Shown piece by piece: positions 28,718-37,375 of a DNA stretch of 64,000 bases. Location of the stretch: contig CAYGJC010000002.1 in NCBI GenBank assembly GCA_964350245.1, positions 69,473 to 133,472 of the forward strand, given 5' to 3'. This stretch comes from an uncultured bacterium (lineage in GTDB: Bacteria > Chlamydiota > Chlamydiia > Chlamydiales > JAAKFR01). The first letter of the stretch is position 1; each line of letters starts with the position of its first letter. A model generated the notes under the pieces. That model searched no databases. It was not told the origin of the DNA and worked only from the letters and a program-made list of their open reading frames with translations. The translations under genes and the position numbers were made by a program.

Positions 28718-28762
28718 TTATTATGTAAAGCTTTAATTAATAGTGATTTAAATATTAAAATA

Positions 28763-28771
28763 TGGTATAAT
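28763..28771 (+). promoter_or_regulatory. extended -10 promoter element for the 132-aa orphan gene
   Basis: TGgTATAAT at 28763-28771, followed by AAGGAG (28783-28788) and ATG 28797. Confidence 0.45.
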
Positions 28772-28796
28772 GTCTTCTTAACAAGGAGTTTAGACC

Positions 28797-29195
28797 ATGG
28801 CAGTGCCAGGTATTTCACCCCAGATCATTTCGGAGGCCTTTCTCCAGGATTCTCCCCATGCTGAGAAAAGGCTGGCAGACCAAGCCTACTTTCTTGTGAT
28901 GCTACACTTTTTGAACCAGATACATAGGTCGATTCGCTCCTCATGGGAAAGTATTCGAGAGAGCCGGATTGAGCATAGCAAGCGTCATGATGATGCAACG
29001 CGCACACGCGGAGTCCAGGCTCAGCAGACGGAGATTTCTCGTCTAGAGGGGCAGCGTCGTCATGTGGAGGCGCGTAAGGTGGAGACTGAAGAGGACACGC
29101 CTCTTCATGCCGGGAGACGTCATCGTGCTAAGCGCCGCTTTCATGAGGGTGGTTACACCCAAGACGGCCACCGCCAGCTCAACCTTCCGGTTTAA
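28797..29195 (+). CDS. hypothetical highly charged basic protein (132 aa)
   Basis: Strong RBS and an extended -10 upstream. Arg/His/Glu-rich C-terminal half with the basic cluster GRRHRAKRRF. No family recognised. Confidence 0.6.
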   Translation: MAVPGISPQIISEAFLQDSPHAEKRLADQAYFLVMLHFLNQIHRSIRSSWESIRESRIEHSKRHDDATRTRGVQAQQTEISRLEGQRRHVEARKVETEEDTPLHAGRRHRAKRRFHEGGYTQDGHRQLNLPV

Positions 29196-29704
29196 ACATG
29201 AGCTTGTGCTAGATTAGTGGCTTCTGCACAGCGCACAACATCATTGATAGTTCCAAAGACGATTACTACCAAGTTCGTTATGAGAACGGCGTCGGAGCGA
29301 CCACCATTCCGATCCTGTTGGATGGCTTGCCATTCTTGAGGACTAGGAGCAGGTCTCTCAACGTCATCTGGATCTCCGCTGCGTGCCATCACCTCTGCCA
29401 TTTGAACAGCGAGTTGTACAGCTGGACTAGCTGGTGCTGCATGCACCATTTGTTCCACTTCCTCACTGAAAGTTCTGACTGTCGCACTCAAAGCACGCGC
29501 TGTTTCAAGGATATCAGCATGATCCGCATCGGCTGCTATGAGCCTTTGGGCAACTGCATCTACTCTAATCATCAGATCGCGTGTCCTTACGAAGGGAGCG
29601 AACCGGCTAGACTGTGCTCCTTCAGCGTTAACCAGAGGATCTGTCAGTAAGCAGATCAGCGTTTTACAATTGGTGGCTCTAGCGGCAACAGATTGTGCTG
29701 TCAT
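29192..29704 (-). CDS. hypothetical Ala-rich protein (170 aa), translationally coupled to the M16 peptidase
   Basis: TAATG stop/start overlap with the upstream peptidase gene. Shares a TTAA double stop with the convergent 132-aa gene. No family recognised. Confidence 0.55.
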   Translation of the reverse strand: MTAQSVAARATNCKTLICLLTDPLVNAEGAQSSRFAPFVRTRDLMIRVDAVAQRLIAADADHADILETARALSATVRTFSEEVEQMVHAAPASPAVQLAVQMAEVMARSGDPDDVERPAPSPQEWQAIQQDRNGGRSDAVLITNLVVIVFGTINDVVRCAEATNLAQAHV

Positions 29705-32589
29705 TATAAACTCTCCTGGGCAGGTCGCCCTTTGTATGCGATTTCATCACGGATTTTTTCCGGTGTCGTGATCTGCTTGTAGGAGAGACGACCCGCTGCA
29801 GGCAATGCACCATTCACAAAAAGCGCAAGCCTCCTAGGGTTTTCTTTTCCTAAAAATTCCTTTGAGTAAGCAAGAAACTCTTCATAGGTTAAGGCGCTAA
29901 TTGCTGCTTTTTTCTGCTCCAACCAATCAAAATCGGCATCGTAATCAAAAGCAATCATATGCAAAAGAGCACCCATTTTAGGTAGGGTTTCTGCCGGATG
30001 ATCAAGCTTATCGACGAGCGCTGCCTGAATCGCTTCAAATCGCTCTCTGGGAATGACGCTCTCTTCTAAGTGCTGCACACTGTTTTCTAAAAAGAGCTCA
30101 AAACGGGCCAATAAATCGCGTGTGTCGTGTGAGCTGGATTGAATAGCAAAAAAAGTATACAGATGGCGCTCTAGCTCTTGTGACCAGTTGGCTACAAGAT
30201 AAGCCGTCTGTTGTTTGGTACGTAATTCGCTGAAAAAGGGTTCTTCTAACCCTTTGGCCAAAATTTCTTGCGCAGCCCGTCTAGGAAAGGTGAATTCACC
30301 GCAATCAGCTGTTAAAATCAACGCATTTGCGGGGTGCTCACTATCAATGATTAGATAGGAGGGATGCTCACGTCCAGGTAGAGTAGCCAGTTCCTTTCGG
30401 GGATGACGGCTGGGAGGGAAGGGCACTTGTGCAATTGTCTGCTGAAACGATTCCCACACTTTTGAGGTGTCGCCATTTCCATAGAGCATCCCCTCAATAT
30501 AGGAGGTGTTGAAAAGGGACTGGTTGAACGTGTTAAACTGCTTAAATGTCATGCGATTGAATAAAGCACTCCGTTCGCCCATTCCTGCGTACTCTTTGTA
30601 GAGAATCTTCCACAGCTGCTCACTTCCTTGCTTGATCGGAGAGACGTTGGCTTGGTTAAAAGTGGCTCTGGCTAGCTGGGCACGATAAAGAGCAAACTGT
30701 GCTGCTGTCGGATGCGTATTTCGCATGGTAGTCAAAATCGTCTTTAAAAATGCATCGGCTTTATCTTGATATCCCGTCAAGGTTAATTCTAAACCGGTCT
30801 GAGTACTTTTTAGCGAATACGACAGGCCGGCCATCATGGCTTCATAAGCTGTGGCATTGAGTTTCTCATTGACGGCGTGACAATAGAGGTCGGCCAAAGC
30901 GATGCTTTTAGGATCTGCAGGTGTTACAGAGAGAGTTTTGATGTTGAAGGTCCAAGTCACTTCGGGAACCATATAACGCTCATCGGCACAGGCATATATT
31001 TTTCCTAAGGGCGCATCCACGATCAGAGTCGGATGTGGGAGTCTTTTTGTATCGGTGTGCGTCCCGCTCACTTTAAGGGTTTGGGGCAAGAAAGGATTGG
31101 GACGGGGGATCGACATGTGGAAGTGGGGTTGAGCTTGTGCCCACTGATCGAGTTTCTCCATGTTGATTGTGCGTAGTGTGTAGTCGACACCCAGCCACTT
31201 CTCTTTAACCGTTGGCTTGAGTTTAGAGAGTTGGGGAGGGGCTACAAGGGTGAATTGGCAGGCATGCGGTGTCATGCAAGCAAGCAACTCTGCCACTTTT
31301 TCAGGTGCATATCGGGAGGGGATCAAGGTCTGTCTAGGAAAGGTCTCGATCGGCTCGTCAACAAGCTGGACAACAAGATTGGTCACAAGCTCAAAGACGC
31401 CCTCACGTGACTGGAAACGGTATTTGAGTTCTTCTAAATCAGCGATTTCATCGTAGATATACCGAGGAATGCCGCTCTTGCGTAGGGTGGCAATCGCTTC
31501 GAAACACCGCTCAATGACAGTCTCATATTTTTTGACTCCCTCTTCTGTGAGGTGAACAGATAGAGTAAAAAGGCTCTGATCTTTTCCTGCTCGGTGCGCA
31601 CCTGTGCTTACCGATTCAGCTAAATTTTCACGCTTAAGCTGAGCCAGTAAGCTAGTCGCTCCTTCGTGTCCAAGTACGTGGCTCACAAGCTTGTCAGCGT
31701 GGGTCTGCTTATCTATTCCAAAAAAGCGGGGAAGCTCCCAGTTGAGCTCTAAAACTTGTAAATCTTGGACAGGAGCAATGGCGATCATTTGATCACAGCT
31801 CTCAGAGCAGTGTATGGAAGATGAACATGGGATAGGAGCATGCTCTGTACTCTTGACTTCAGAAAAAACAGAGACCACTTCTTCTTCTAAAGCATCTAAA
31901 TCTTGAGAGGAATACACAACAAGGTGCATCAAATGAGAGCTATAGTGCCTCTGGTACCACTCTTTGAGCTCATCCTGAGAGATTTGTGCCAAGGTGTCAC
32001 GATTTCCAATACAAAACCGATGGAAAGGATGGTCTTGGTTGGCAAGCGCTTTTTTAACATAGTGAACACGCCATGGATCAAGAGGAACGTCCTTGCAAAA
32101 CTCCTGGTGGATGGCTTTGCATTCTCTGTCGACTCCTGAGGGACTGAAAAGGGGAGCCACAAAAAACTGCCCAAATCGATCCAGAGCGCCAGTGAACCCA
32201 TTATTATTCACGGAAAACATGTAAACCGTGCGATCTGCCATGGTAAAGGCATTACGTGAACCGCCGTGCTCATCTAGAAAGCGGGTATATCCCTCTTCTT
32301 CTGGATATTTTTGCGTGCCCAAAAAGAGCAAATGTTCAACAAAGTGCGCCATACCCGGACGATCAATCGGATCATCCCAACTCCCCACAGCAACTGCGAG
32401 GGCGGCACCCGATTGGTTAGTACCCGGATCAGAGATCAACACAGCCTCTAGACCGTTTTCAAGGCGTATTTTACGCATCTCTCTTTTAGCCAGGGCAGGG
32501 GTTTCGATTTTTAAGTTCGATTGATCCTCAATCACCTCATGACAAAAACCTGTGGTGAGAAGAAGAGCTGAGATGAGAATCTTGTTCAT
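29704..32589 (-). CDS. M16A pitrilysin/insulinase-family zinc peptidase, secreted
   Basis: Inverted zinc motif HFVEHLLF (HxxEH). ~960 aa with four M16 half-domains. The signal peptide MNKILISALLLTTGFC starts at ATG 32589, which forms an ATGA overlap with plsE. Confidence 0.9.
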   Translation of the reverse strand: MNKILISALLLTTGFCHEVIEDQSNLKIETPALAKREMRKIRLENGLEAVLISDPGTNQSGAALAVAVGSWDDPIDRPGMAHFVEHLLFLGTQKYPEEEGYTRFLDEHGGSRNAFTMADRTVYMFSVNNNGFTGALDRFGQFFVAPLFSPSGVDRECKAIHQEFCKDVPLDPWRVHYVKKALANQDHPFHRFCIGNRDTLAQISQDELKEWYQRHYSSHLMHLVVYSSQDLDALEEEVVSVFSEVKSTEHAPIPCSSSIHCSESCDQMIAIAPVQDLQVLELNWELPRFFGIDKQTHADKLVSHVLGHEGATSLLAQLKRENLAESVSTGAHRAGKDQSLFTLSVHLTEEGVKKYETVIERCFEAIATLRKSGIPRYIYDEIADLEELKYRFQSREGVFELVTNLVVQLVDEPIETFPRQTLIPSRYAPEKVAELLACMTPHACQFTLVAPPQLSKLKPTVKEKWLGVDYTLRTINMEKLDQWAQAQPHFHMSIPRPNPFLPQTLKVSGTHTDTKRLPHPTLIVDAPLGKIYACADERYMVPEVTWTFNIKTLSVTPADPKSIALADLYCHAVNEKLNATAYEAMMAGLSYSLKSTQTGLELTLTGYQDKADAFLKTILTTMRNTHPTAAQFALYRAQLARATFNQANVSPIKQGSEQLWKILYKEYAGMGERSALFNRMTFKQFNTFNQSLFNTSYIEGMLYGNGDTSKVWESFQQTIAQVPFPPSRHPRKELATLPGREHPSYLIIDSEHPANALILTADCGEFTFPRRAAQEILAKGLEEPFFSELRTKQQTAYLVANWSQELERHLYTFFAIQSSSHDTRDLLARFELFLENSVQHLEESVIPRERFEAIQAALVDKLDHPAETLPKMGALLHMIAFDYDADFDWLEQKKAAISALTYEEFLAYSKEFLGKENPRRLALFVNGALPAAGRLSYKQITTPEKIRDEIAYKGRPAQESL

Positions 32590-33593
32590 GAATTGAGTCC
32601 TTGCTTGATGTGTGCGTAATCTTGTTTGACGAGGTTCCAAATATGCATGGCGCGGGCGCTCCGTTTCGCATGTCTGTCATGTATATCTGAGCCGGGAAAC
32701 TGCTCCATATCAATTTCGTCTCCAAACGAAAAGAGAATACCTTCGCGCTTGGTTGTACGCTCTTCTCCCAATTCTGTTTCCACTGTTTGAGGGGGTGGGA
32801 GGATGTCATAGGTCGCAAGTGCCAATGGGTAAAAATGAGCGGGTTTTTTTGACTGTTTAGTGATGAGACGGAACATCTCAATGCTATCAGGGTCAAAGGG
32901 AGCCACAACAACCTCACCCTCTGCATTGGGACGATCCCGTCCTCCACTTGGAGCCACGTAGACGCACTTACCGCCTTCTGTAAATAGCTCTCGAAGTCGG
33001 CGCATGGCTTTTTGGTTGTGGTGTTGTTTGTCTGCTTTTTCCTCAGGAGGGGTGTCAATATGACGCTTAGAGTAAATACAAAGCAGATTACGTCCCATAC
33101 TAAAGGGAATGGCCATAGGGTCGGTAACGACTCTGTGTCCTGCAACAAAGATCACTTCAGATCCAATTTCAGGGTAGGTATCCTCCAGAGCCAAACTCAT
33201 GAGCTGCGGGTCGACCTCCGTTTGGTGATTAGCGAAGAAGATAACATTTTCTCCACGCTTCAGTTGTTCAGCCGCTTTTTTCACGTTGTTGAGATGGTAG
33301 ACCTTGGAGCGACTCTCGTCGATCAAAGGGCGTAAAAAGTCGAGTCCAAAGGCAAAGTAGTCGTTTGGTTCCGTGATTTTTTGGTGGTATGGTTCAAATG
33401 GATGAGGGTTGGCGGATTGTTCGCAAACAAATTGGAGAAGGGCGATAAAAGTGGGCTCGTAATCGGCCATATTCAATCCGGCCTTTTCAACAGACTGTAC
33501 ATAGCTTTCATAGAGGCTGAGCACGTTACCGGCTACCTTTTCACTAAGAGCTCCTTCTTGTTTTGCCTGCTCGAATTTACTAAGAAACGTCAT
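32586..33593 (-). CDS. plsE: soluble plant-type glycerol-3-phosphate acyltransferase (chlamydial PlsE / ATS1-like)
   Basis: H(X)4D box NHQTEVDP in the context FFANHQTEVDPQL, typical of plastid GPAT. No TM segments. Adjacent to the insulinase gene, as I recall for Chlamydia. Confidence 0.8.
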   Translation of the reverse strand: MTFLSKFEQAKQEGALSEKVAGNVLSLYESYVQSVEKAGLNMADYEPTFIALLQFVCEQSANPHPFEPYHQKITEPNDYFAFGLDFLRPLIDESRSKVYHLNNVKKAAEQLKRGENVIFFANHQTEVDPQLMSLALEDTYPEIGSEVIFVAGHRVVTDPMAIPFSMGRNLLCIYSKRHIDTPPEEKADKQHHNQKAMRRLRELFTEGGKCVYVAPSGGRDRPNAEGEVVVAPFDPDSIEMFRLITKQSKKPAHFYPLALATYDILPPPQTVETELGEERTTKREGILFSFGDEIDMEQFPGSDIHDRHAKRSARAMHIWNLVKQDYAHIKQGLNS

Positions 33594-35137
33594 ACTTCAA
33601 TCAACTCTTTGGTTACAGAAGAATATAATTTGTAGTCATTAAGATGTAATAGATCAGAGACTTCAAATTCAACCTTTGCTTTCAGCTTTTTGGCAAAAGA
33701 CTCCATGTGGCTGAACTCGCCGCCCTGCTTCATGTAACGAAGTAGTTCGGGATGGACAACCAAGTGTAGTCCAAATTGCTGATGGGCCAAAACAGCTTTT
33801 TTAAGAGCCCGCTCAATCTCTATCACGACACTCTCATGGGTTTTGATCAGAGCGCTCCCATTACAGTAGGGACAGGCGGTAAGCATCGTTTGGACTAGAG
33901 ATTCTCGATTTCTCTGTCTTGTCATCTCAACAAGGCCAAACTCACTCATACTCAAAATGGTACATTTAGCAGGGTCCTCTTTCATAAACTCTTTGAGTTT
34001 CTCAAGAACGCGTCTCTGATTTTTACGCATGCGCATGTCGATAAAGTCAACAATGACAAGACCGCCAATATTTCGGATGCGGAGCTGGCGGGCAATTTCT
34101 TCGGCAGCTTCGAGATTGATGCGCACTAAAGTCTCTTCCACATTACCTTGAGTTGTCGTGCTCCTACCAGAGTTCACATCGATAGTGAACATTGCTTCGG
34201 TACGGTCAAAATAGAGGTAGCCGCCACTCGGCAACCAGATCTTGCGTCGCAATGCTTTATCGATTTCTCGCTCAACATTGAACCGCTCGAACATGGGAAC
34301 TTTATCTCGGTAGTACTCAATTTTTAAAGGGTGTTCGAGGCTAAAATTTTGGTAGAGCCGTTTACATTTTTGAAAGGTGCTGTAGTCATCTACAAGCAGA
34401 CGATCAAATTTTTTATCCACACAGGCCATCACGGCGCGTTTGATGATATCAGACTCCTCAAAAAGGAGAGTGGGAGTAGATGAGTCGTTGAATTTCTTCA
34501 TCACATCCTGCCAGGTTTCCAGCAACTCGTGCGCTTCACTGATCAGCATGTCGGTGGTTGCTTGGCTACTAGCCGTACGACAGATAAGCCCCATGTCATG
34601 GGGCATTTCAAAGGCCCGAATCAGCTTTTTTAGCCGCTCGCGGGCGCTGCGATCTTCGATTTTTCGTGAAACACCGCGGTGGGGAGAGTTGGGAAGTAAA
34701 ACAAGGTAGCGTCCGGCTATGGATACATTCGAAGTGAGCCGGGCTCCTTTAGAGCCGATAGGTTCCTTTACAACCTGCACAAGCACAGGTTGATCAATTT
34801 TCATCACTTCTTCAATATTGAGTTTCCGTTGTTTGCGTACGTCAACCGTCTGAATATCGTAGTCTAGATCAAAATCCATATCAAACATCTCTTCATACTT
34901 TTTCGTATTTTCAAGAATGTCTGACATGTGGATAAATCCGTTTTCACCCTCATCAATATCGATAAAAGCGGATTGGATGTTGTGTAAAATGTTGGTTACA
35001 CGCCCTCTGTATATATTTCCTGTAAGTTGGCGTGCTTTTTTTCGTTCTAAAATTAAGTCACGTAGCTGCCCGTTTCGCAGATGGGCATAGCGGATCTCTT
35101 TAGATTCCACATTGAGCAGAATGTCGTCATTGTCCAT
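33590..35137 (-). CDS. rng: ribonuclease G/E family endoribonuclease
   Basis: N-terminal S1 domain (GNIYRGRVTNILHNIQSAFIDI), the RNase E/G catalytic core and a zinc-link CPYCNG. 515 aa. Confidence 0.9.
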   Translation of the reverse strand: MDNDDILLNVESKEIRYAHLRNGQLRDLILERKKARQLTGNIYRGRVTNILHNIQSAFIDIDEGENGFIHMSDILENTKKYEEMFDMDFDLDYDIQTVDVRKQRKLNIEEVMKIDQPVLVQVVKEPIGSKGARLTSNVSIAGRYLVLLPNSPHRGVSRKIEDRSARERLKKLIRAFEMPHDMGLICRTASSQATTDMLISEAHELLETWQDVMKKFNDSSTPTLLFEESDIIKRAVMACVDKKFDRLLVDDYSTFQKCKRLYQNFSLEHPLKIEYYRDKVPMFERFNVEREIDKALRRKIWLPSGGYLYFDRTEAMFTIDVNSGRSTTTQGNVEETLVRINLEAAEEIARQLRIRNIGGLVIVDFIDMRMRKNQRRVLEKLKEFMKEDPAKCTILSMSEFGLVEMTRQRNRESLVQTMLTACPYCNGSALIKTHESVVIEIERALKKAVLAHQQFGLHLVVHPELLRYMKQGGEFSHMESFAKKLKAKVEFEVSDLLHLNDYKLYSSVTKELIEV

Positions 35138-35444
35138 GGGTTCACCTTATACGTCTGCTGCGGGAATAGAGATGCCGGGAAGTGAAGCCGTAAAATTTTT
35201 TTCAGCAAAAGGAAAATAGGAGGGGAAAACTGTAGAACTAACACAATTTTAAAGATCTCTTCCGGGGACTGTGAAGGAGTAAAGCATTTCATCATTATTT
35301 TGGGGAAAACTGCCGTGCACTCTTCTATTCCGCGCATTCAAATAAATATTTCTGTAACGTTGTCCAAGAGTATAGGATAAATGGGCGAACTTTTCTACAA
35401 AAAACTGGCTTTAAAACCCATTTTTCCCTAAATTGGTCTCCCAA

Positions 35445-35858
35445 ATGAGTGATGCGTTTAAGATTTTCGTCTCCAGGTTAAGGGACGGGCAAAAAGAGAT
35501 CATTGACGAGAGTTTCTCCCCGACTTTTTTAGAAGTCCACGAAGAAGAGCTAGCCTTCTCTGTTCCGGTGGAGGTTCATGGAGAGGCTGAATTAGCTCAG
35601 GATACATTGGTGTTACGGTTAGATATTGTGACCGAAGCCACAATGCCCTGCGCGATTTGTAACCAGGATGTTCAAGTGAAACTAGAGATAGCAGATGGTT
35701 GCTATACGGTTCCGGTTGCGGAGATAAAAGGAGATGTGTTCAATCTTAAAGGCATTTTACGAGAAGCGATTTTACTAGAACTTCCCTCTAGGGCTGAGTG
35801 TTGCCAAGGAAACTGCCCTGAGCGTGAAGTGTTATCAAAGTATTTTTCTAGGAGTTAA
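35445..35858 (+). CDS. yceD: YceD/DUF177 family protein (23S rRNA accumulation)
   Basis: Cys pairs CAICNQ and CCQGNCPE. Conserved position directly upstream of rpmF-plsX. Start is ATG 35445 or TTG 35433. Confidence 0.8.
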   Translation: MSDAFKIFVSRLRDGQKEIIDESFSPTFLEVHEEELAFSVPVEVHGEAELAQDTLVLRLDIVTEATMPCAICNQDVQVKLEIADGCYTVPVAEIKGDVFNLKGILREAILLELPSRAECCQGNCPEREVLSKYFSRS

Positions 35859-35863
35859 GAATC

Positions 35864-36046
35864 ATGGCAGTACCAAGAAGTCGGTCGAGCAATCAGCGCA
35901 AAAATACGAAGCGGGCTCACCACGCAAAAAAAGCAAAACATTGTATTCCTTGTACCAATTGTGGAACGGCGCGCCTTTCGCACCGGATCTGTCCCTCTTG
36001 CGGGTATTACAACAATCGTTCTATTCTAAGACAGGAAGCAGAATAG
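35864..36046 (+). CDS. rpmF: 50S ribosomal protein L32
   Basis: MAVPRSRSSNQRKNTKRAHH... with zinc-ribbon cysteines CTNCG / CPSCG. Confidence 0.96.
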   Translation: MAVPRSRSSNQRKNTKRAHHAKKAKHCIPCTNCGTARLSHRICPSCGYYNNRSILRQEAE

Positions 36047-36056
36047 TAGGTTATTT

Positions 36057-37016
36057 TTGGGTCTCCGCGTAGGCGTTGATTTAATGGGAGGCGATCAACC
36101 TCCCGAAAATATTTTTGAAGCTGTCTTAAGCGTGGCTAAAAATGCGGATGTGCATTTTGTCGTCATGGCCACGCATGCTTATTTCTCGATTTTGTCAGAA
36201 AAATCGCATTCCCCCATTGAATTTGTCACAACCGAAGAGTTTATTGAAATGGATGAATCGCCCTTGTTGGCGGTCCGTCGAAAAAAAAATTCCTCAATGG
36301 CAGCAGGCATGCGCCTTCTTCGGGAAAACAAAATTGACGCGTTTCTTTCTACCGGAAGTACAGGTGCTTTGGTTGCCACTGCCACGCTGCACCTCGATCC
36401 ATTGGAAGGCATAGAAAGACCCGCTCTTCTAGTGACTATGCCCACGGCCAAAGGAGAGGTGGTCGTTTTGGATGTAGGAGCCAATATTCAGCCTAAACCT
36501 GAACACTTGGTTGCCTATGCGCGACTAGGTGTTTTATTCAGCACCTTCTATCAAGGCCTGAAAAGGCCCTCTATTGGCTTGCTCAACATCGGCGCGGAAG
36601 AGCAAAAAGGAACCAAGGAGTTGAAAGAGACATATGCCGCTCTCCAGGAGGTGTTTAAAGATCGATTTTTGGGGAATGTGGAAGGACGGTCTGTCTTTCG
36701 AGGAGACGTTGATGTTTTGGTGACCGACGGGTTTACGGGGAATGTCTTTCTTAAAACCTCGGAGGGAATCTCCCGCTTTTTAGCAGAGTATTTGACTCAA
36801 CACTTTGAGATTCCCGAAATCATCGCCCACCTCAATCAGCGCTTTAATTACGCAGAGCATCCCGGGGCTTTTTTGTGCGGAGTAGACGGTCTTGTGGTCA
36901 AGTGTCATGGAGACTCTGATCAGCAGGCCTTGATGAATGGAATTTATGGCGCTATTGACTTAGCTAACAGCCAGATCTTAGATAAGATGAAGCAGCATCA
37001 AAGGCGTGCTTTGTAA
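36057..37016 (+). CDS. plsX: phosphate acyltransferase PlsX
   Basis: VGVDLMGGD N-terminus, full-length PlsX pattern, TTG start, and the rpmF-plsX order. Confidence 0.93.
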   Translation: MGLRVGVDLMGGDQPPENIFEAVLSVAKNADVHFVVMATHAYFSILSEKSHSPIEFVTTEEFIEMDESPLLAVRRKKNSSMAAGMRLLRENKIDAFLSTGSTGALVATATLHLDPLEGIERPALLVTMPTAKGEVVVLDVGANIQPKPEHLVAYARLGVLFSTFYQGLKRPSIGLLNIGAEEQKGTKELKETYAALQEVFKDRFLGNVEGRSVFRGDVDVLVTDGFTGNVFLKTSEGISRFLAEYLTQHFEIPEIIAHLNQRFNYAEHPGAFLCGVDGLVVKCHGDSDQQALMNGIYGAIDLANSQILDKMKQHQRRAL

Positions 37017-37375
37017 CACCAACATTCTCCCTCCTTACCAAAGACGCTCCTTTCTGTGAAGGAGACATCCTTTCCACCTTGCTGCAGCTCGGCCCGAAAG
37101 GTAACCGTCTCTTCTTGTGCCTCCAAAATTTCCAATCCTATAAATTGAGTTGCCTGGCAAAACGCCTCGATCTGCGCTCTCCATTCAGAAGGAGCTAGCT
37201 GTTTGTCTGGATGCTCAGAATGGGTTGTGCGCATGATGTAATCAACATTGCCAAGAGCATAAGCGCTATAGCGCGCGCGCATCAGTGCTGTTGGATTGGG
37301 GGGAGATGCTCCCTTGTGGTAGGGTTCACAACAGGTGGAGTACTCTTTTCCGCTGTGACAGGGACATGGTGACAT
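36998..37375 (-). CDS. ychJ: YchJ family protein (SEC-C motif, UPF0225)
   Basis: N-terminal SEC-C metal-binding motif CPCHSGKEYSTCC followed by an NTF2-like body. Convergent 19-nt overlap with plsX. Confidence 0.82.
   Translation of the reverse strand: MSPCPCHSGKEYSTCCEPYHKGASPPNPTALMRARYSAYALGNVDYIMRTTHSEHPDKQLAPSEWRAQIEAFCQATQFIGLEILEAQEETVTFRAELQQGGKDVSFTERSVFGKEGECWCYKARL

Noticed and set aside
35138-35444. 307-nt gap between rng and yceD, including the 94-aa ORF 35053-35337. Considered as an ncRNA or a long autoregulatory rng leader.
   Set aside because: I could not identify a conserved structure or a known RNA motif by eye. The ORF overlaps the rng start and has no RBS. The region may simply hold two divergent promoters.
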